Assembly: GCA_001742785.1 (NCBI GenBank)
Contig: MCBF01000001.1
Location: forward strand, 490,255 to 502,928
Source of the DNA: Candidatus Altiarchaeales archaeon IMC4
GTDB taxonomy: Archaea > Altiarchaeota > Altiarchaeia > IMC4
Direction: 5' to 3'
DNA: 12,674 nucleotides
Shown here: one piece after another, positions 5,626 to 12,674 of the stretch
Numbering within the stretch: the first letter of the stretch is position 1
How the letters are laid out: each line of letters opens with the position of its first letter
Notes under the pieces: model-generated
Told to the model about the DNA's origin: nothing
Database searches by the model: none
The model's input: the letters and a program-made list of their open reading frames with translations, nothing else
Translations under genes and position numbers: made by a program

Positions 5626-6582
5626 ATGGCTGACAAACTGAACATTATATGGCTGCAGGGACAGGCATGCACGGGGTGCACTATTTCGCTTACCGGAGGG
5701 ACGCACCCGAGCATCGTCGATGTTTTGACCGGATTCATGCCGCATATCGAGGGTATAAATCTGGTATACCACTCGACGCTGATGTTGTCGTGGGGGGAGG
5801 AAGCGACAAAGGTTTTAAAGGACGCAGAAAACGGGAAATACGACCCGTTCGTGCTGGTGGTCGAGGGGTCCGTTCCCGATGAAGACAATGCAAAGTCAAG
5901 CGGCGGCTATTTCTGCGGCATAGGGGAGATCGACGGGAAGATGATAACACTAAACGACGTGCTTCCGACGCTTGCCAAAAGGGCGGGCGCGGTCGTAGCG
6001 GTCGGAACGTGTGCTTCCTTCGGGGGCATACCGCACGGAACGCCAAATCCGACTGGCTCGAAGGGCGTGCTTGAATTTTTAGGTAAGGACTATAAAAGCG
6101 CATTAGGCCTTCCTGTGATCAACATATCGGGGTGCCCGCCGCACGGCGAGTACATGATCGAGGCACTTGGCCACCTGGTTCTCACGGCAAGGGGTGTGCT
6201 TCCCGTCCCGGAACTTGACGAGCACAACCGGCCAAAGTTCCTTTACGGCGAGAAGGCTCACGAGACCTGCCCGAGGGCCGGTCATTACTGCGAAGGGGAC
6301 TACTCGAAGGAATTCGGCGATGCCGGGTGCATGGGGCTTTTGGGCTGCAAGGGCCCGATATCACACTGCGACGTGCCAAGGCGCGGGTTCGTGGAGGGCG
6401 TCGGCGGATGCCCAACGGTCGGCGGGATCTGCATCGGGTGCACCGAGCCGGAATTCCCTGACGAGCCCTTCGGGCCGTTTTTGAGAAAGGCACCCGCATC
6501 GGCGTATACGAGCGAAACAATAAAGGATGTTGTCGGCAAGATATCGGCTGTGCTTGGCAGGCTAAGCCCGAGGAAGATCTAG
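5626..6582 (+). CDS. [NiFe]-hydrogenase small subunit (group 1 type), no Tat signal, no TM anchor
   Basis: WLQGQACTGC, VLVVEGS, AVGTCASFGG, NPTG, GCPPH, HETCPR, CMGLLGCKGP, HCDVP...GGCPTVGGICIGCTEPEFPD. Confidence 0.97.
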   Translation: MADKLNIIWLQGQACTGCTISLTGGTHPSIVDVLTGFMPHIEGINLVYHSTLMLSWGEEATKVLKDAENGKYDPFVLVVEGSVPDEDNAKSSGGYFCGIGEIDGKMITLNDVLPTLAKRAGAVVAVGTCASFGGIPHGTPNPTGSKGVLEFLGKDYKSALGLPVINISGCPPHGEYMIEALGHLVLTARGVLPVPELDEHNRPKFLYGEKAHETCPRAGHYCEGDYSKEFGDAGCMGLLGCKGPISHCDVPRRGFVEGVGGCPTVGGICIGCTEPEFPDEPFGPFLRKAPASAYTSETIKDVVGKISAVLGRLSPRKI

Positions 6583-6585
6583 GAG
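6581..6585 (+). promoter_or_regulatory. Shine-Dalgarno site for the large subunit
   Basis: AGGAG overlapping the small-subunit stop, 7 nt before ATG 6593. Confidence 0.7.
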
Positions 6586-6592
6586 ATAAACA

Positions 6593-8326
6593 ATGGCTGC
6601 AAAAACTAAAACTCAGGGAAAGGAAATAACGATAGAACCGCTGACAAGGATTGAAGGGCACTTGGCGGTACACGCCACTGCGGACAATGACGGCAAAAAA
6701 TACACGGACGCGCATTCCTACGGAACCATGTTCCGCGGATTCGAGAGGATACTAAAGGGCAGGGAGCCGGCCGACGCCATCTGGATAACCCAGAGGATTT
6801 GCGGGGTCTGCCCGCTTCCGCACGCAACCGCAAGCGCGCAGTGTATTGACATGACCTATAACGTTTCCCCGCCGCCGGTCGGCATCGCGCTTCGGAACTT
6901 CACGCTGATGTCCGAGGAACTTTACGACTCGCCTCTCGGATGCGCAATCCTCGAGGGCCCGGATTATTCGGCACAGATTCTCGGCAAGTACGCGCCGGAC
7001 GTCCTTACAAGGGCGAGGGTTACAAAGGCGGAGCATGCAGGCCTTCACGGGTACGCAACCATCGGCGACATCGCGGAAGGGCTGAACCCGATAACCGGCT
7101 CGATATGGCTTAGGGCGCTTGGGATGTCGAAGCTCGGGCGGAAGATGGCATCGCTTCTGGCAGGAAAGCACCCGCACGTGAATTCGTTCGTCCCCGGCGG
7201 GATCGGAAAGACCATAAGGGCAAGCGACCTAGAGCAGTACGCCAGCATGTTGTTCCAGCATGTCGCATTCAGCAAGGAGTTCGTGCCGCTTTTCGACGAC
7301 CTCATCAACTTCATGATGCCCTACTACGGCGAAAACGGGGTCAGGGCACCGAACATGATGGCGATGGGCTGCTACGAGGACCTTAGCGCATACAATGCGC
7401 AGTACGAGGACATGGGTACTTGGGGGATTAAAAGGGCAGTTACCCCCGGCGTCGTCATCGACGGAGAGATAGTTACGAACGACCTCATCGAAATCAACCT
7501 CGGCGTCAGGGAATACGTTAACCACTCGTACTACGAGGATTGGAGCGCGCTGGACATGAAGACCGACCCGGCAGGCAACGCGCTGGATAAAAACCATCCA
7601 TGGAACGAGCAAACGATTGCAAAGCCGGGCCCTGCAAAAAACTGGGGCGGGAAATACACGTGGCTTAAGGCGCCAAGGTGGGCGGATTCCAAGGGCAAAA
7701 CGCATGTCGTCGAGGTCGGGCCGGTAGCCAGGATGTACACGACGGCGAAGTCGAAGAAGGTGGATGCCTCGACAGGCAAGAGTTTGAAGTTCACGCTTCC
7801 GAACTCGAAGATAATGGGTGCAAGGGTTCCCGGGGAGATGGAATTCGAATGGAAAATCCCCTCGAAAATAAACACGCTTGAGCGTATCAGGGCAAGGGCG
7901 TATTTCCATGCGTACACGGCGCACGTGGCATACAACCAGCTGCTTGTGGCCCTTGGCGCGGTCAAGGCAGGCAACACAAAAGTCTGGACCAAATACGAGC
8001 GGCCGAAGGACGGCGTGGGCTGCGGTTTGAACGAGGCGATGAGGGGCGCGGTTGCGCACTGGTGCATAATGAAAGACGGAAAGGTGCAGAAGTACCAAAT
8101 AATCGCGCCGACCACCTGGAACGCATCCCCGAGAGGGCCGAACGAAGAGCCCGGCCCGTACGAAGAGGCGATAATCGGGACCCCGATAACCGAGAAGGGA
8201 ACACTCGACGGCCTTGACGTGGTGAGGGTGATAAGGGGATTCGACCCATGCCTTGCGTGCGCGATACACACCTACGACGGGAAAGGCGTTCTGAAAAACA
8301 AGGAAACGCTCGGCTGCCAGTGCTGA
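6593..8326 (+). CDS. [NiFe]-hydrogenase large subunit (group 1 type)
   Basis: PLTRIEGH, FRGFE, L1 TQRICGVCPLPH, EAMRGAVAHW, APTTWNASPR, GPYEEA, L2 RGFDPCLACAIH plus an 18-aa C-terminal extension. Confidence 0.98.
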   Translation: MAAKTKTQGKEITIEPLTRIEGHLAVHATADNDGKKYTDAHSYGTMFRGFERILKGREPADAIWITQRICGVCPLPHATASAQCIDMTYNVSPPPVGIALRNFTLMSEELYDSPLGCAILEGPDYSAQILGKYAPDVLTRARVTKAEHAGLHGYATIGDIAEGLNPITGSIWLRALGMSKLGRKMASLLAGKHPHVNSFVPGGIGKTIRASDLEQYASMLFQHVAFSKEFVPLFDDLINFMMPYYGENGVRAPNMMAMGCYEDLSAYNAQYEDMGTWGIKRAVTPGVVIDGEIVTNDLIEINLGVREYVNHSYYEDWSALDMKTDPAGNALDKNHPWNEQTIAKPGPAKNWGGKYTWLKAPRWADSKGKTHVVEVGPVARMYTTAKSKKVDASTGKSLKFTLPNSKIMGARVPGEMEFEWKIPSKINTLERIRARAYFHAYTAHVAYNQLLVALGAVKAGNTKVWTKYERPKDGVGCGLNEAMRGAVAHWCIMKDGKVQKYQIIAPTTWNASPRGPNEEPGPYEEAIIGTPITEKGTLDGLDVVRVIRGFDPCLACAIHTYDGKGVLKNKETLGCQC

Positions 8327-8333
8327 GCGGGTC

Positions 8334-8359
8334 TTATTTTTTTATTTTTTCTCTTTTTT
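8334..8359 (+). terminator. Oligo-T tract, candidate archaeal terminator/attenuator after the large-subunit gene
   Basis: TTATTTTTTTATTTTTTCTCTTTTTT directly after TGA 8326. Confidence 0.5.
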
Positions 8360-8371
8360 CTGATTATTATC

Positions 8372-8905
8372 ATGGTAACAGATGCCGTCCTAATCTGCGC
8401 AATCGGCAACCGAATCATGGGCGACGACGGATTTGCCCAGCACGTTCTGGAATACATTGAGAAGAACATAAAACTTCCAGGGGGTGTAGAAACCGGCGAC
8501 TACAGCACCGCGAGTTTGTCGATGGCAAATTTCCTGGGGGATTACAAAGCGGTTATTTTTGTGGATGCGGTAAGAAAGAAAAGCAAACCGGGGACAATAC
8601 ACGAGTTTGAGATAAACGCCGATGAGATACGCGACGATATGAATCCCTTGGAGGATTTGTTTTCCTTCTCGCTTCACGAGTCCGGGCTTGAGGAGATGCT
8701 CCTCTTTGCAAAGGCGATAAATCAGCTGCCCAAGAAGATATACGTGATCGGCTGCGAGCCAAAGGAGATCAAGCCGACCCTTGAACTTTCGGGTGAGGTA
8801 AAGCCTATGGTGGAGAAGGTCGCGAAAAGGGCGGTTGAGCTGGCCGGAAAAATCAAGAATAACTCCCGACAAGCGCCTGTCCGAGCGAAACCCCTGAATT
8901 TGTAA
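8372..8905 (+). CDS. Hydrogenase maturation endopeptidase (HycI/HyaD family)
   Basis: AIGNRIMGDDGF, IFVDAV, PGTI, SLHE, VIGCEP, LELSGEV. Follows a large subunit that has a cleavable tail. Confidence 0.95.
   Translation: MVTDAVLICAIGNRIMGDDGFAQHVLEYIEKNIKLPGGVETGDYSTASLSMANFLGDYKAVIFVDAVRKKSKPGTIHEFEINADEIRDDMNPLEDLFSFSLHESGLEEMLLFAKAINQLPKKIYVIGCEPKEIKPTLELSGEVKPMVEKVAKRAVELAGKIKNNSRQAPVRAKPLNL
8865..8905 (-). repeat. Degenerate duplicate of the hypF 3' end (direct repeat of 9916-9977 with a 21-bp deletion)
   Basis: 8865-8894 matches 9916-9945 at 29/30; both continue to GAATTTGTAA. The minus-strand translation is TNS-GVSLGQALVG versus TNSRVPCGDGGVSLGQALVG in hypF. Confidence 0.85.
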
Positions 8906-8914
8906 AATCTAAAA

Positions 8915-9886
8915 CTATTCGTAACCTGCATAATTGTACTCTATAATCAACTTGTTAGCCGCGTCCCTTAGATACAAAGTATCCCCTCCGCCATTATTCC
9001 AGATAGCATTACACGCCATTCTTCCAATGTTTCCCCAGTACAATTTTGTCCCTGTGTTGATACCAGACCCGGTGTAGAGCGTTACATCGGCTTCTTCCCC
9101 AAGGGTAAACTTTGGAAATTTATAAACATGATTCCCTTCATCCTTGATAGTCCAATCCGTCAGATCACACGGATAAAGACAACTATTCCTGAATTTAACA
9201 TATTCATCATTTAGATTATCGCAATCATTGCCTTCGGCATTCCAATTAAAGTTTAATATGCCTATGCACCTATCATCGCAGTAGCCCTCTGATGGTTCGC
9301 ATAAATTTACTTTTTTCTTTAAGCAGGTTTTCCAAGCAGACATTAACTCATCCTCATGCTTCGTATTTGGAGGTAGTATATAGACATTGGCGTATCCTTC
9401 CTCGACTAATTTGACATTCACAAATACATCATTAACATAGACGTATCTGAGCGACCTGCCATATTGGTCTTTGTCATTTATGTCGCTCTCCAGGGTTACC
9501 GTTTTGCCCTCGACAAGTTCTTTTAATCTGTTTTTTGCGTCTTCGTAATACGGCTGACCCACCTCCGGCGTATTGATGCCAAGCAACCTGACCTTTTCAC
9601 TATCTCCTAGTTCTACAGTATCCCCGTCTACCACTCTGGAGACAGTATATTTACCCCCCTTAGGTATCGTTCTTATCGTAGCAGTTGAACTCGTCGGAGT
9701 TCCCTCAGGGGAATCACAGATTTTATCACCGTTTACGTCCAAACAGCAAGAAGTTCCGACCTGTATATACGGTTCGTTACAGACCACATTATCCTTTAGA
9801 ATAAGATATGCAAAACCAAACCCGATAAGTAACCCGATAGCACACAAAACAATTATACCATGCTTATCCATACTAAGTAATATCAT
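8915..9886 (-). CDS. Membrane-anchored thermonuclease (SNase) with C-terminal lamin-tail domain; alternative start at 9871
   Basis: N-terminal TM; Cys motif CNEPYIQVGTSCCLDVNGDKICD; SNase RVVDGDT, VRLLGINTPE, DQYGRSLRYV, LVEEGYA; LTD NDEYVKFRN, DLTDWTIKD, VTLYTGSG, IWNNGGGDTLYLRD. Confidence 0.9.
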   Translation of the reverse strand: MILLSMDKHGIIVLCAIGLLIGFGFAYLILKDNVVCNEPYIQVGTSCCLDVNGDKICDSPEGTPTSSTATIRTIPKGGKYTVSRVVDGDTVELGDSEKVRLLGINTPEVGQPYYEDAKNRLKELVEGKTVTLESDINDKDQYGRSLRYVYVNDVFVNVKLVEEGYANVYILPPNTKHEDELMSAWKTCLKKKVNLCEPSEGYCDDRCIGILNFNWNAEGNDCDNLNDEYVKFRNSCLYPCDLTDWTIKDEGNHVYKFPKFTLGEEADVTLYTGSGINTGTKLYWGNIGRMACNAIWNNGGGDTLYLRDAANKLIIEYNYAGYE

Positions 9887-9900
9887 ATGTACAGTTAAAA

Positions 9901-11043
9901 CTATTTTAGAAAAGCCCCGACAAGCGCCTGCCCGAGCGAAACCCCGCCGTCTCCGCAGGGAACCCTCGAATTTGTAACGAATTTCAAACCTGCTTTTTCC
10001 ACGTTCTTCCCGATGTACCCGACAATCGCCTTGTTATATGCAACGCCGCCTGACATGCCAACTTTTTTTATGCCTTCCCCCCGCGCAATACCTACGGCAA
10101 TTTCCGAAAGCCCGTCTGCCAGCGCCTTCTGCGCCGATGCCGCGATGTCTTCGATTTTATTTCCTGCATTTTTAAGTTCCAGCGCAGTTTCAACTATCTG
10201 GGTTGTGTCCAGAACCCCCCTTCTTACGATAACTGGGAGATCAAAATTTGCCTTCCCTGACAAGGCGGTGCCTTCGAGCTTAATTGCAGGCTCGCCCTCG
10301 TATGTCCTCTCGAAACAGATGCCAAGAAGCGCGGACAGGCAGTCGAGAACCCTGCCGCAAGAAGTTGTTTTCGCAACGTTTATGTTTTTTTCAAGTTGCC
10401 CCAGAACCACATCAATCTCTTTTTCTCCGTGCAGGAAATGGCCCTTATAGCCAAGCAGAATCTCCCTCAAATCATCCCTGCCGTGCAAGATCCCGGCAAG
10501 CATCCGCAGGGGAAACCTCGTCGCCATATCACCCCCTGGCATAAACTGCTCTTTCAGGTGGCCGGCCCTTTTGAATTTTTCCCCCCTGCAGACCAGGACC
10601 TCCCCACCCCATATAGCGCTGTCCGTGCCGTACCCAACCCCGTCTGCCGCAATGCCTACGATCTCATCCAATCCGTGCTCCGCCATGACCGAAGCGATGT
10701 GCGCGTGATGGTGCTGGATGGAAACCTGGGGTATATCGAATTTTTCAGAAAGCCCTTCCGCCAGTCTTGTGGTGTTGAAACGAGGGTGCATGTCGCAGGC
10801 GATAATATCGATGTCCTCGTATTTCGTGCCCGCGGCATCAAGCAGGCACCCGATGGAATCCTTAAGGCGCTCCATGTTTTGCAGGTTTTCGGTGCTTCCG
10901 ACGGGCGGTGTAACATACGCCTCGCCGTCTTTCAGAAGGCACGCGGTGCTATTCATCTCGGGGCCGAGGGCAAGAACGATCTTACCTATAGGTATGTGTA
11001 ATTTTATTTGAGTAGGTTCATTATGGATGTTTCTATTTTGCAT
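9901..11043 (-). CDS. hypF: HypF carbamoyltransferase, C-terminal (Kae1-like) half only, 380 aa
   Basis: VLALGPE, IACDMHP, QHHHAHIAS, DGVGYG...WGGE, TSCGRVLD, YEGE, MSGGVAYN, VPCGDGGVSLGQ. No acylphosphatase, Zn-finger or YrdC-like domains. Confidence 0.88.
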   Translation of the reverse strand: MQNRNIHNEPTQIKLHIPIGKIVLALGPEMNSTACLLKDGEAYVTPPVGSTENLQNMERLKDSIGCLLDAAGTKYEDIDIIACDMHPRFNTTRLAEGLSEKFDIPQVSIQHHHAHIASVMAEHGLDEIVGIAADGVGYGTDSAIWGGEVLVCRGEKFKRAGHLKEQFMPGGDMATRFPLRMLAGILHGRDDLREILLGYKGHFLHGEKEIDVVLGQLEKNINVAKTTSCGRVLDCLSALLGICFERTYEGEPAIKLEGTALSGKANFDLPVIVRRGVLDTTQIVETALELKNAGNKIEDIAASAQKALADGLSEIAVGIARGEGIKKVGMSGGVAYNKAIVGYIGKNVEKAGLKFVTNSRVPCGDGGVSLGQALVGAFLK

Positions 11044-12304
11044 CGTAATTATCTTGGCTCAACAAAAACTTAAACGCCGGCACCACACGGATTACCCTCC
11101 CGTTTATCTTGTGCTCTTCCTGTCGATTGTATGAGATTATATAACCCTTGCCCACCCCGAACTTATCCATGAATCTTTTCAACCCCTTCATGTCCAGTTT
11201 GCCGTATTTGATTTCAACGGGCATCGGATTTTCGCCCGGCAGGATTACGTCAACCTCGTTCTTGTAAGAATCCCTCCAGAAAAATTCGCCGTTCAACTGA
11301 TTGACTACATTCCACTCAAATACCCTTGATTTAGAAAGGTCGTCATCCCTGAACAAAAGGTCAACCGAAATCACTGCGGGATAATACCTCTTTAACTTTC
11401 TTCCAGTCTTTCTTCGGTTCCTTGAAAAGTTATATAATTTCCTGACAAGAAACGATTCTTCCAGATAAGTCATGTAATTTGAAAGCGTCTGCCGGGAGAT
11501 ATTCAATTCACTTGCAAGTCCGGACATTTCTATGATCTGCCCCGGTTCGTCCATGAGGATATTCAAAAGCGATTCTATCACAGATACGTCTTTAATCCCG
11601 AACAATTTTTGTATGTCCTTGTAAACGACCCGCTCCACTATGCTCTCTTTGACGTACCTTTCTATTATCCTTTTCTCGCTTATACCAACCATCTCAGGAA
11701 AACCAAGCGTCAATGTAAACTCATTGAATAAGGTTAGCAGTTCCCCCTCATAGACACCTATCGGCTCAAAATCGACACCCTTAAAATATAGAAACTCTTT
11801 GAATGAGAGCGGCTCAACCTCGAACATAAATATCCTTCCGGCAAGTGTTTCTTTAGACCTGTTTTTTATAAACAACGACTCGGAACCTGAGAGGATTATC
11901 TTAACATTTTTTCCGAATGTATCGTATACCCCCTTAATCTGGTTTTCCCAGTCGCTCAATTTTTGTATCTCATCAAGCAGGAGCAGATATTTGCCGTCTT
12001 GGATGCGCCTTTGCGTCAAATCCTCGTATTCCCGGATTACTTCCCGGACTTCCACATCTTTGAACTCATCAAATGAAAAGTACATTATGCTTTTTGGATC
12101 AAAACCCCTTTTCAATTCATCGTCTATAATCTTGCGCATCAGCGTTGTTTTCCCCACCCGCCTCAAACCGGTAATCGCTATCATCTGGGGCATTGGCATA
12201 AATTCCTGAAGTTCTTTGTATATCTGCCTTTCTTTAAACTCCAGTATGAATTTTCCTTTCCACCACGGGTTTAATTCCTGCAAAACTTCCCTGATTTTTG
12301 CCAT
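11033..12304 (-). CDS. COG1373-type AAA+ ATPase (AAA_14 + DUF4143, C-terminal PD-(D/E)xK-like motif)
   Basis: NPWW, Walker A GLRRVGKT, Walker B LLLDEIQ, LSGS, ETLAGR...PLSFKEF, GFPE, wHTH TLSNYMTYLEESFL, EVD...VEIK. Confidence 0.92.
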   Translation of the reverse strand: MAKIREVLQELNPWWKGKFILEFKERQIYKELQEFMPMPQMIAITGLRRVGKTTLMRKIIDDELKRGFDPKSIMYFSFDEFKDVEVREVIREYEDLTQRRIQDGKYLLLLDEIQKLSDWENQIKGVYDTFGKNVKIILSGSESLFIKNRSKETLAGRIFMFEVEPLSFKEFLYFKGVDFEPIGVYEGELLTLFNEFTLTLGFPEMVGISEKRIIERYVKESIVERVVYKDIQKLFGIKDVSVIESLLNILMDEPGQIIEMSGLASELNISRQTLSNYMTYLEESFLVRKLYNFSRNRRKTGRKLKRYYPAVISVDLLFRDDDLSKSRVFEWNVVNQLNGEFFWRDSYKNEVDVILPGENPMPVEIKYGKLDMKGLKRFMDKFGVGKGYIISYNRQEEHKINGRVIRVVPAFKFLLSQDNYDAK

Positions 12305-12456
12305 GTTAACTTAACGTAGAATCTATTTTATGTTAATTACATTTGACTTAAAGTATAAATATACATTCCTGAATGATGATAATTGGCATTCCGGAGGTAA
12401 AACCAGAGGGCCAGAAAAAACCGGGTAAAATCACCCCGTGCCATGCGGAAAACAAC

Positions 12457-12674
12457 CTATTTTTTGGCTACCTTCTCCTCTTTCATGACCTGCTTTGCAA
12501 TCATAAACACGACAAACGCGATGATCACAAAGTTAATCAGCTCCCCCAGAAAGGCGCCCCGGCCGATAACCACGGGCCCTAAAGAGAATGTTGCGGTTTT
12601 CCACGCACCGCCGGGTATAAATAGCGTTACACATGGCATGATAATGTTTTCCACCAACGATTTCACAAGTGCAG
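12457..12674 (-). CDS. mscL: Large-conductance mechanosensitive channel, 5'-partial
   Basis: ALVKSLVENIIMP (end of TM1), GAFLGELINFVIIAFVVFMI (TM2), charged tail. The frame is open to the window edge. Confidence 0.9.
   Translation of the reverse strand, partial: ALVKSLVENIIMPCVTLFIPGGAWKTATFSLGPVVIGRGAFLGELINFVIIAFVVFMIAKQVMKEEKVAKK

Noticed and set aside
8245..8268. Possible selenocysteine ([NiFeSe]) hydrogenase
   Set aside because: L2 is DPCLAC with TGC codons; there is no in-frame TGA.
7229..8271. Long minus-strand ORFs of 346 and 246 aa
   Set aside because: Antisense to the hydrogenase large subunit in GC-rich DNA, with no motifs.
12373..12582. Plus-strand 69-aa ORF and weak CCGG(A)GGTAAAA repeat between the ATPase and mscL
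   Set aside because: The ORF overlaps mscL antisense and the repeat is too short to support a feature.

Overview
Probably archaeal, from an anaerobe (inferred from TATA-type promoters, a SufC/SufB-only Fe-S system and short leaders). Left to right: (1) an IS66-family element whose transposase runs off the left edge and whose terminal repeat has cut into the 3' end of sufB/smsB; (2) a low-GC trypsin-like protease gene that separates sufB from sufC/smsC and looks like an integron-type gene cassette (attC-like hairpin, complementary GTTAGTTTC/GAAACTAAC cores, own TATA box, no integrase in the window); (3) a divergent single-domain ArsA/Get3 ATPase; (4) a soluble two-subunit [NiFe]-hydrogenase plus maturation protease, with no Tat signal or anchor, whose backbone resembles the group 1g/1h/1l clade but whose cofactor motifs are canonical; (5) on the opposite strand, a thermonuclease-LTD gene flanked by a duplicated hypF 3' end, a C-terminal-half HypF, a COG1373 AAA+ ATPase and a partial mscL. 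The most unusual signal is a ~55-bp twin-hairpin element present in two structurally conserved, covarying copies plus one partial copy. One copy lies in-frame inside the transposase gene and another forms the boundary of the cassette. Family assignments come from motif recognition by eye; no searches were run.
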